From Flavobacteriales bacterium (GTDB lineage: Bacteria > Bacteroidota > Bacteroidia > Palsa-965): DNA of 56,518 nt. The position numbers and the translations under genes are program-made. Positions 27,988 to 36,401 of the stretch are shown here, piece after piece (the stretch's first letter is position 1; every line of letters starts with the position of its first letter). Under the pieces are notes generated by a model. It was not told the DNA's origin. It made no database searches and saw only the letters and a list, made by a program, of their open reading frames with translations. The DNA lies in NCBI GenBank assembly GCA_040377305.1, contig JBEIPA010000033.1, forward strand, positions 1 through 56,518, written 5' to 3'.

Positions 27988-30900
27988 TACTTATAGTCCT
28001 TAATTGGTAACACAATTTCGACCCGCGCGCCGGTGGTTTCGCCCTTCTGGTTCTTTACATCAAACGGACCTTTTACGGCCAGACCCGATTTGGTCATCGC
28101 CCGTAGCAGGTTAATTCGCCCGGTCGTAATGTCCATACCTCGCGAGACATGGTGTGAACCGCTGGCAGCTTTCTTCGCCCGGCTCGCTTCCACACCAATT
28201 CCATCGTCTTCAATGCTGAACATAATATCATCTCCAACTTCCTTTACTGTAATTACGATCGTGCCGGGTTTCTCCATCGGAAGGATTCCGTGCCAGATAC
28301 TGTTCTCGATATAAGGTTGCAACATCATCGGTGGAATGTCGATTGATTCCGTATCCAAATCACCTTCGATATCAAAACGGTATTCGAACTTTCCTTCAAG
28401 TCGCATGTGTTCAAGCTCGAGGTATAATTTCAAACGCTCAATTTCTTCGGAGAGCGGAACGAAAATACTCATCGAACTGTCGAGATTCTTACGAATGAGT
28501 TTGGCAAAGCTGCTGAGATATTTTGTGGCAAGCAGCTTGTTCTCTTTTGTGATGTAATACTGAATTGAATTGAGCGCATTGAATACGAAGTGACGATTCA
28601 TACTCGCATTCAACGTCTGGTGTTCGAGAACAAGCAGGCGCGATTTGAATTCGAGCTGTTCCGTGTGATGATTCCGTTTGATCGTGGAAACTCTCCAGCG
28701 ATACAGCAAGTAGATCATTCCGGTGATGACTACAACCGCAAGAAGGAAGAACCACCACGTTAACCAGAACGGAGCTGTGATTTCGAAACTGAACGTTGCA
28801 GGAACTGTATTCCAGATTCCGTCTTTGTTACACGCAATTACTTTGAACGTATAATTTCCATGCGGTAAGTTCGAATAGGTTGCGAATGTTGCATCAGTAG
28901 GAGGGGACCAGTCGGAATCAAATCCTTCGAGCATGAATTTGTAACGAACAGCACCCGGATTGTTCAGACTGATTCCGATGTAATCGAATGTGAGATATTT
29001 CTTTTTGTAATCGATGGAAAGATTGAGCGGCAAATGTGTTTCTGCGTCCAGTGAATCTGAGAACGTACTCCAATCAGTTGGTTGAAGAAACAAGCGAATG
29101 CCAGTGATATGCGTCAACGGTTCAGGCGATTGATCATCATGCGCACGGTCTGGAGAGTACTTCAGAATTCCATCGGAAGTACCGAACCAGAGATTTCCGT
29201 TTTTGTCTTCGTAAGCAGCATTTTGATTGCACTCCAGACTGCGCAAGCCTTCGTAATTGGTGTAGTGTTTAAATTCCTTCTTGCTGTTCTCGTCGAAGTC
29301 AGTAGTGTTGAGTTCATAGATTCCGTTGTTCGTTCCCAACCAAAGATGCTGAGCTTCATCAATTAGCATGAAGTTGATGTTGTTCGCACTGTACTTCTCA
29401 TCGATAGAAATGCTGCTGAATTTTCCGCCTGTGCCAACACGTGCATTAGGATCGTAGTGTGTTACGCCATTGCTGGTGCCGATCCAGAGATGCTGGTTCT
29501 GATCGTGGAGTATAGTTACAACGTTATTGTCCGCGAGCCCGTCCTCGATGGTGTAGTTAGTAAACTTACTGCCGCCTGTAGTGATCACAGCATCGGGATC
29601 GTACTTATACAAACCGCTGCTTGTAGCAAACCAGATGTTGTGCTGATGGTCTTCTACGATGCTCCGAACGTTTTTACCGATGTTGTCTTCACCCGCAATG
29701 TAGTTTGTGAATGTGTGTCCGTCGTATTTCGATACACCCGCTATAGTTCCGAACCAGAAATTGTTTTCCGAATCTTTATAAATCGAATACACGGTTTTCG
29801 CAGGAAGACTATCCGGTAACGTTGTGAATTTTTTGCCATCGTATTTGCACACACCATCGGATGTGCCGAACCACATGGTATTGTCTGTATCAGCGAAGCA
29901 GCACCACACAACATTGTTGTTCAATCCGTCGTCCATGGTGTAATTGGTGAAGGCTCCCGTAACAGCATCTTGTTTGCACACACCATTACCGTACGTGCAG
30001 AACCAACGATTCATATAGTTGTCTTCCGTAACCGCCATGATGATGTCGCTGCTCAATCCATCCTGTACAGTGTAGTTCACAAAAGTTTCTCCGGTGAATT
30101 TCAGCACGCCTTTGCCATCAGTTCCAAACCAGACTTTTCCTTCTTTGTCCTGCATCACGGTATTGATGTTGGAGTAGAAGAGACCATTGCCTTCATCGAA
30201 ATTGAGAAATGTTTTGCCGTCGAACTTGCTCACACCACTTCGCGATGCAAACCAGAAATTTCCATCAGCATCTTGTGTTGCCGAACGTATCCAGTCCATG
30301 ATAAGTCCGTCTGCCTCGGTGTAATTCGTGAACGTGGTTAAATCATATTTGAAAACGCCTTCACCATACGTACAAAACCAGAGATTCTTGTCTCTGTCCT
30401 GAATGATCTGTGCAACGTTGTCCGGTTGATCAATCGCAGGATCAATGTTGCGGAATGCTTTTCCATCGTAGTAACTTATTCCGCCACGCGTTCCGAACCA
30501 AACATTTCCATTTTTGTCGGTGCAAACGGAGCGTACATAGTCGTTGATGAGTCCATCGGCTTGAGTATAATAAACGAACCCGATTCCGTTGAACATGCAA
30601 ACGCCGGCACCGTCAGTTCCCATCCACAGGTTGCCTCGTTTGTCGAGTGCAATGGATGTCACCTGATTTTTCGAAAGTTCACTTTTCAGCGCGAGGTTCG
30701 AGAAGGTTTTGCCACCCGTCTCGGCCGAAGCGTCGGGATCGTATTTATTTATTCCGCCAAGCGTGGTGAAGTAGATGTCTCCGTTTTTTCCTGCTGCGAT
30801 GGAGTTAATCCGATTATCGAGTAGCCCATCTTCTTTCGAATAGTTCACGAAGTTTTTTCCGTCGTACCGGGATAAGCCACCATAAGTTCCCATCCACAAG

Positions 30901-31061
30901 TAACCCTTGTTATCCTGAAAGATGGTTTGCACCTGCGACTGTGCTAATCCGTCTTCGATTGAGAAATTGATGAAGCTGTATTGTTGTCCGAAACCCTGAG
31001 AATACCAGATAAGGTACAGCAGGGTACTGCTGAAAAGCAGTTTTTGTCGCAGGGATAACAT
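27987..31061 (-). CDS. Sensor histidine kinase: Reg_prop beta-propellers, Y_Y_Y domain, TM, LytS-type kinase
   Basis: Repeated D..G.LWFGT..G blades, Y.F.LEGFD..W, PFW.TWWF, MN.HFVFNALNSI, QPYIENSIWHG. Confidence 0.93.
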   Translation of the reverse strand: MLSLRQKLLFSSTLLYLIWYSQGFGQQYSFINFSIEDGLAQSQVQTIFQDNKGYLWMGTYGGLSRYDGKNFVNYSKEDGLLDNRINSIAAGKNGDIYFTTLGGINKYDPDASAETGGKTFSNLALKSELSKNQVTSIALDKRGNLWMGTDGAGVCMFNGIGFVYYTQADGLINDYVRSVCTDKNGNVWFGTRGGISYYDGKAFRNIDPAIDQPDNVAQIIQDRDKNLWFCTYGEGVFKYDLTTFTNYTEADGLIMDWIRSATQDADGNFWFASRSGVSKFDGKTFLNFDEGNGLFYSNINTVMQDKEGKVWFGTDGKGVLKFTGETFVNYTVQDGLSSDIIMAVTEDNYMNRWFCTYGNGVCKQDAVTGAFTNYTMDDGLNNNVVWCCFADTDNTMWFGTSDGVCKYDGKKFTTLPDSLPAKTVYSIYKDSENNFWFGTIAGVSKYDGHTFTNYIAGEDNIGKNVRSIVEDHQHNIWFATSSGLYKYDPDAVITTGGSKFTNYTIEDGLADNNVVTILHDQNQHLWIGTSNGVTHYDPNARVGTGGKFSSISIDEKYSANNINFMLIDEAQHLWLGTNNGIYELNTTDFDENSKKEFKHYTNYEGLRSLECNQNAAYEDKNGNLWFGTSDGILKYSPDRAHDDQSPEPLTHITGIRLFLQPTDWSTFSDSLDAETHLPLNLSIDYKKKYLTFDYIGISLNNPGAVRYKFMLEGFDSDWSPPTDATFATYSNLPHGNYTFKVIACNKDGIWNTVPATFSFEITAPFWLTWWFFLLAVVVITGMIYLLYRWRVSTIKRNHHTEQLEFKSRLLVLEHQTLNASMNRHFVFNALNSIQYYITKENKLLATKYLSSFAKLIRKNLDSSMSIFVPLSEEIERLKLYLELEHMRLEGKFEYRFDIEGDLDTESIDIPPMMLQPYIENSIWHGILPMEKPGTIVITVKEVGDDIMFSIEDDGIGVEASRAKKAASGSHHVSRGMDITTGRINLLRAMTKSGLAVKGPFDVKNQKGETTGARVEIVLPIKDYK

Positions 31062-31174
31062 GTGAGGGCAATTTTGGTGTTGACTCTAAGTTGAGGAAAC
31101 TTATTGTCTGAAATTCGCCAACTGTTTTAAGTGTATGGGCGGCTGTACAAGATGTAAGTGTTGCTGATTAAATT

Positions 31175-31366
31175 GGAACGCGGATTATTATGCCCTTTTG
31201 GTGTTAGGTTCTCGCTCGGATGATCACGGTATAGAATACGACTGGGAATCAGATTTTATGAGATAAACTCAAACCTATCTCATAAAATCGAAAATTTAGT
31301 CTTTCAATTTACCAGAATGATCCGAGTGAAGGACTAGCAAGCAACACACGTAAAAATCCGCGTTCC
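31175..31366. repeat. 192-bp nested imperfect palindrome (REP/REPIN-like or structured RNA)
   Basis: Perfect stems 31175-31186/31355-31366 and 31252-31265/31276-31289, plus intermediate stems. Confidence 0.8.
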
Positions 31367-31369
31367 TTT

Positions 31370-32143
31370 TTAACTGCGGAACAGCTCCTGGAATCCACCC
31401 AGCCGCAACCGGGAAATCACCAGCTTGGCACCGTTTTTCATCACCGCGAAAGAACCATCAACATTCAGGAATTCGCTCACGAACATGAGATTCACAATGT
31501 GAGACTTGTGAATGCGGAAGAACTTTTTCGGATCAAGAATTTCCTCGTAGATACCGATGGAGCGCGTGTCGACATACTGACTTCCGTCGGCGAAAAATAT
31601 CTTGGTGTAATTGCCTTCCCCTTCGAGATACATGATGTCGGCAGGATCTACAATCTTGAATCCTTTTGCGTGATTGATTGTGATTCTCTGCAACGGCGCT
31701 GCAGGATTCATGCTCTTCGTCAGATTCTCCAGCGATTTGATATAACTGTGCAGGTTGTCTTTGTTGTTACTGAAAGACTCCTGATTGGTTACCATCTTCT
31801 TCACGGCCGTTTTCAGATCATCAATGTCAATTGGTTTCAGTATGTAGTGAATGGCGTTCACATGGAAAGCACGAATCGCATAATCCTTAAAGGCTGAAAC
31901 AAAAACGATCTGAAAATTCTTTTCCGGAAGTTCATCCAGCAAGTCGAATCCCTCACTGCCCGAAGGCATGCGTATATCGAGAAATACTGCTTGTGGTTTC
32001 AGTTCCGCAATTGCTTTTTTCGCGGTCGCTACAGATTCAGCCACGCCCACCACTTCAATTTCGGGGCAATGCTCTTTCAGTAAAATCCGGAGATTTTCTC
32101 TCGCAGGTTCTTCGTCGTCGACAATAATGGTTCGCAGCTTCAT
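31370..32143 (-). CDS. LytTR family DNA-binding response regulator
   Basis: IVDDE, FLDIRMP, LKP; C-terminal GNYT, FFRIHKSHIVNL, ISR. Confidence 0.95.
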   Translation of the reverse strand: MKLRTIIVDDEEPARENLRILLKEHCPEIEVVGVAESVATAKKAIAELKPQAVFLDIRMPSGSEGFDLLDELPEKNFQIVFVSAFKDYAIRAFHVNAIHYILKPIDIDDLKTAVKKMVTNQESFSNNKDNLHSYIKSLENLTKSMNPAAPLQRITINHAKGFKIVDPADIMYLEGEGNYTKIFFADGSQYVDTRSIGIYEEILDPKKFFRIHKSHIVNLMFVSEFLNVDGSFAVMKNGAKLVISRLRLGGFQELFRS

Positions 32144-32279
32144 ACTTTCGTGAAGCTAAAAATACGAAAAGAAGTGTGCGGACGTTAAACTGATTTATTG
32201 TGGTTTTTGGAGGTGGTTTGTGACAACGCGGCGTCTGAATTGGGGCGCTCGTAGCTTTAACAGAATTGGCGTCTACAAT

Positions 32280-32951
32280 CTACTGCTGCGTGTCTGTTCT
32301 CAAATCACCCTGCTTTTCCCGTCGCGGATATACAGCCCATAATACTGTCACGCTAATTATCGCACCGAAGTAGCACCATACCGAAAGCAGATGTTCCCGG
32401 AACAACAGGAAGGCGACGAGCAATGAAATGAAGTTCGCCACTCCAACCAACTTGATCCTTTTGTCAGTAGAAAGGAAACAGGAAACGGCAGCAGTTGCGA
32501 AATAAACCGGATTGGTGATAGACTTTCCGATTTCGAGATAATCCAATTTGTACAAAATGTGGTGTTCGCTCACTTCTGCACTCACGTTATAGAATATGAG
32601 GCAGTAAGTATGATAGGCTGCCAAACAGAATCCAGCAACCACGAACGGAATTAATAATTTCATTCGTGAAGGTTCCCGCTCGGCTTTGAAAACAGAAAAA
32701 GGAACCCAGGCGGGCCAGACGACCTGCGCGAAAAATAAGAAAATGTATTTCGTTGGACTCAACCAACCCTCGCTGATATGACCGTTAAATGCCAGCCATT
32801 CAAAACCTTCACTGAATTGCTGTATAGCAAATAGAAGTGGAATTGTGGCGAACGCGAGATAGGAGCGAGGCTGTGCTTTTTTGATTGCGACAACTCCGAC
32901 GGTTGTCAAAACTGCACCTGCGATAAAACTGGCTTCAGTTGAAAAACACAT
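32280..32951 (-). CDS. Membrane protein (DUF6629-like)
   Basis: MCFS.EASF start, PLLFAIQQ..EG..W, SVWC.F. Confidence 0.75.
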   Translation of the reverse strand: MCFSTEASFIAGAVLTTVGVVAIKKAQPRSYLAFATIPLLFAIQQFSEGFEWLAFNGHISEGWLSPTKYIFLFFAQVVWPAWVPFSVFKAEREPSRMKLLIPFVVAGFCLAAYHTYCLIFYNVSAEVSEHHILYKLDYLEIGKSITNPVYFATAAVSCFLSTDKRIKLVGVANFISLLVAFLLFREHLLSVWCYFGAIISVTVLWAVYPRREKQGDLRTDTQQ

Positions 32952-32960
32952 AGTGATTCT

Positions 32961-33668
32961 TTAATCTGTAATTATGTCAACCGCATTTTTCACGTTGTTC
33001 CCGCGGTTATATTTTTTCTTCAGCTTATACATGCGATAACCGGTGATCATAGCATAAATATCAACGTTGAGTCCAACTCCAGTGAAGAAGCCATCGAAAG
33101 GGTAGTCCTTTACCTGATTGATAACAACCTTCCGGTAACCTGCCATTCCTTTCAAGCCAATAGAACGCAACGGCTTAAACGTTGCCGACACACCGAAGTT
33201 AACAAATACAAGCATGCCCTTTTCAGTTATTATCACTTCGCCACTTGTAAAGTTCATTCTTTGAAATTTGTTGACACCAACACCCAATTCTAATGGCACG
33301 CCAAGTGAAAGAAAACGCGTGTCGTGATAAATGAATTCCGTGTTAAGTGTTCCGAACCGAAGATCAATCTGTCTTCCATGTTCTCCGTCTGCTTTTATTT
33401 CATCAAACTGCGTTATTCGATCTGCCATGGCATAGTAACCAAGTGTGACCCGCAGTTTTTCAGCGAGCAATACACCGGCATCGAATCCTCGCATGTAGAA
33501 TACCTGTTTGTCAACAAACGTTTGCCTATTGTCAAAACGAAACTGGGGCCTGACCAGTTTCAACTTTACGATCTCGAGAGAATCGCTGGTGAATTGATCA
33601 GGCTCCATGTTCTGTCCGTAACTTGTAATACTGAACAACATAAGTGAAAGCAGAATTCTACCTTTCAC
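32961..33668 (-). CDS. Hypothetical exported protein, possible outer-membrane beta-barrel
   Basis: Signal peptide, amphipathic beta-strand pattern; coupled to the upstream OmpA-family gene. Confidence 0.7.
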   Translation of the reverse strand: MKGRILLSLMLFSITSYGQNMEPDQFTSDSLEIVKLKLVRPQFRFDNRQTFVDKQVFYMRGFDAGVLLAEKLRVTLGYYAMADRITQFDEIKADGEHGRQIDLRFGTLNTEFIYHDTRFLSLGVPLELGVGVNKFQRMNFTSGEVIITEKGMLVFVNFGVSATFKPLRSIGLKGMAGYRKVVINQVKDYPFDGFFTGVGLNVDIYAMITGYRMYKLKKKYNRGNNVKNAVDIITD

Positions 33669-33669
33669 A

Positions 33670-35403
33670 TTAGTCGAACTTAAATTCTACCCTTCGGTTC
33701 TGCTGGTGCTGTTCCTCCGGACACTCTACATCTTTTGTGCAATTGTTTATCAGTTTCGAGTAGCCGTATGCAGTGGCATGTATTCTTCCGCGGGCAACAC
33801 CTGCACCGGTGAGATAACGGATCGCTGCGTCATTCCTGCGCATAGAAAGTTTCTCGTTGTACTCTGCGCTACCGCGAATATCGCAGTGGCCACCGATTGA
33901 AACACGCTTATTTGGATTTGCGTTCATGTAATCAACCACACTATCGAGTGTACGTTTTGATGCAGGACGCAGATCTGATTTGTCGAAATCGAAATACAAT
34001 TTTCCGATGTAGGTAACCGGAACAACACCCGGAGTAACCTCGAGCACTGAATCTTTCGGCTCGAGACTTGCGATCGGTTTCATCGTAGGGCGGTAGCCAA
34101 TTACGTACACGGATGTAGTAAGCGTAGAATCGACACTGTCGTTCTCGAGATTGAAATAATAGAAGTCGTCGTCACCAACACTGTTCGATGTTCTGTTCGA
34201 TGTGAGGTAACCTGCGCGCTGATCTACCGTGAACGTAATTCCAAAATCATCGTATGTAGAATTGAACGGAGCTTTCATTGGAATCGCTTTGTCAAGTGTT
34301 CCATTGCTATTTTTCGCGACACATATATCAAGACCACCGAATCCCTGGTACCCGTCTGATGCGAAGTAGAAGTTGCCGACCGAATCTTCTGAAGGAAACT
34401 TCTCAGTAGCAAATGTGTTCACCGAGGTACCCATATTTTTAGGAAGTCCCCATGTTCCGTCTGATTCTTTTTCGCAATACCAGATATCAGTTTCGCCATA
34501 TCCGCCCTCCATATCTGAAACGAAATACAACCGTGCGCCATCGCGCGACAATACAGGATTGGCAACTGAATACGCTTTGCTGTTCCAGCGGAATGCTTCC
34601 GGATCGCTCCATTGACCATCTTCGTTAACCGATTTGAAAATCATACAACGCTCAATGTTGTAACCTTGCTTGCGGTCTTTGTTTTTCAAGGTGCGATCAA
34701 CGCGTGTGAAGTACATCGTGTTGTAATCAGCAGAGAAAGTCATAGGACCATCGTGGTACGTGTCGTTTATTTTGGAATCAAAAGGTTCTGCTGCACCGAA
34801 ATCTACGCCGTTGGAATTTTGTTTCGCACTGTAGATATCAAAATACGGCTGACCATTCCAGGGATAAATCTTGGTATGACGGACATTCTTTCTTGTTGAA
34901 GTGAATGCAAATCCATCGCGGTACTTTACAAGACACATATCAGATCCTTCCGAGTTCAACCCTTGCACGTTAGTCATTGTAACTGGCTCATCCCACATGT
35001 GGTCTTCTGTAACGATATCAATTGATGTACGGTGAAATTCTCCCTTAGTAGTTCCGGGATTCAACTCATCGTAACGATCGAATGCAGATTTCGCTTCCGG
35101 GTATTTACCATTCGTTTGTAGAACACGTCCGTAACGCAGATAAAATTCCGCATCAGCATACGTTCCTGCCTGATCTACTTTTCGGTAGGCCTCTTCGGCT
35201 TGCTGATACCGGTTCATTTCCTGGTAGCACTGTCCGATTTTATAATATGTTTCCGGGACAGGATGACGTTTAGCATGCTTCTCATAGTGCACAACTGCGC
35301 GCGAATATTCCCAACGTTCAAACATTTTGTCTGCCTTGTACAGATTTGCATTCGCCGCTGTGCAGATAAGTGTGAAGAGAATGAATTGATAAACCGTTTT
35401 CAT
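33670..35403 (-). CDS. PorE-like protein (TPR-PD40-OmpA_C)
   Basis: TPRs, LYFVSD..GG.G..DIW, FGGLDI, YFDFDKS..R, HCD.RG...YN..LS..R, NRRVEF; ATG 35403. Confidence 0.9.
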   Translation of the reverse strand: MKTVYQFILFTLICTAANANLYKADKMFERWEYSRAVVHYEKHAKRHPVPETYYKIGQCYQEMNRYQQAEEAYRKVDQAGTYADAEFYLRYGRVLQTNGKYPEAKSAFDRYDELNPGTTKGEFHRTSIDIVTEDHMWDEPVTMTNVQGLNSEGSDMCLVKYRDGFAFTSTRKNVRHTKIYPWNGQPYFDIYSAKQNSNGVDFGAAEPFDSKINDTYHDGPMTFSADYNTMYFTRVDRTLKNKDRKQGYNIERCMIFKSVNEDGQWSDPEAFRWNSKAYSVANPVLSRDGARLYFVSDMEGGYGETDIWYCEKESDGTWGLPKNMGTSVNTFATEKFPSEDSVGNFYFASDGYQGFGGLDICVAKNSNGTLDKAIPMKAPFNSTYDDFGITFTVDQRAGYLTSNRTSNSVGDDDFYYFNLENDSVDSTLTTSVYVIGYRPTMKPIASLEPKDSVLEVTPGVVPVTYIGKLYFDFDKSDLRPASKRTLDSVVDYMNANPNKRVSIGGHCDIRGSAEYNEKLSMRRNDAAIRYLTGAGVARGRIHATAYGYSKLINNCTKDVECPEEQHQQNRRVEFKFD

Positions 35404-35422
35404 TAGTAAGTATTTTGTGATG

Positions 35423-36376
35423 TTAGAAATAACGTGGACTTGATACTTTGTCTTTACCGCGACCAATTAGGTCCCAGCCAATCATGAATTCGTGTGTTCC
35501 ACTATTGTATGCGCCATTACGATTTACATAGAAGTCGTACCCGTAGCCAGCGCTCAGGTAGCTGGTGATCTGAAATTGCACAAAGCCTTTAATTACATTG
35601 TCGACTCCATCGAATTCAATTCGTTTGCCTCCGCGATAGCCAGCTCCAAGGAATAAACGATCGTGGAAAATAAATGCGGCATCTACTTCAGCCATTACAG
35701 GTGCAGCAGGAACAAAACGAATCAGTGCAGAAGGACGGAAGTTTACATTCGCCCCAAGCGGAAGTACAACTCCACCTGTTACGTAATATTCTCTCCAGAA
35801 CTTCGCAAGATCAGCACCGTCGGCATCAGTGAGTTTAAAGCGCGACTGAAATAAGTGAATTGCGCTAATACCCGCGAAGAAACGTTTGCTATAGAGATAC
35901 AACCCCGAAGCTGCATCGGGTACCCAATGATGTGAACTGTTGTTTACGAAGGATGGATCTCCGCTTTCTTCATAAGTCAGCTGATCAAATCCAACACGCA
36001 CATCACTCATAGAACCTGTGAGTCCGAATGAAAGTTGAATTTTATCTGTCATCGGAATATGGTAGGCGAATGTCAATCCAACGCCGGTGTTTTTCATCGG
36101 ACCTGCCTGATCGTTGTAGGCCTGAAAGCCAAGTGCAACTCTGCTATCCGGTAAACGGCTGTGTATATTGAGTGACTGCCCCGTTGGTGATCCGGGTACG
36201 CGTACCCATTGACTGCGGTGAACTAGTGTTCCGGAAAACACTTCGCGGCTTCCTGCGTAGCCCGGATTAAAGTGCATTGGATTAAAAAAGTACATCGAGT
36301 ATGCCGGCTCCTGTTGTGCTTTAGCGAGGAGGGAGAAAAGACCCAATGCGACGGTTATGATTATCCTGGTATTCAT
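35423..36376 (-). CDS. PorP/SprF family T9SS membrane protein
   Basis: QQ.P.YS.Y.FN...NPGYAG, RSQW...G.P, GY.YD, GTHE, SPRYF. Confidence 0.93.
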   Translation of the reverse strand: MNTRIIITVALGLFSLLAKAQQEPAYSMYFFNPMHFNPGYAGSREVFSGTLVHRSQWVRVPGSPTGQSLNIHSRLPDSRVALGFQAYNDQAGPMKNTGVGLTFAYHIPMTDKIQLSFGLTGSMSDVRVGFDQLTYEESGDPSFVNNSSHHWVPDAASGLYLYSKRFFAGISAIHLFQSRFKLTDADGADLAKFWREYYVTGGVVLPLGANVNFRPSALIRFVPAAPVMAEVDAAFIFHDRLFLGAGYRGGKRIEFDGVDNVIKGFVQFQITSYLSAGYGYDFYVNRNGAYNSGTHEFMIGWDLIGRGKDKVSSPRYF

Positions 36377-36401
36377 TTGTCATGAGTTTGTATTCGTGGA
36401 A

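Noticed and set aside
31175-31366. Integron attC site
   Set aside because: AAC...GTT is present but the flanks do not fit RYYYAAC/GTTRRRY; no integrase or cassette array.
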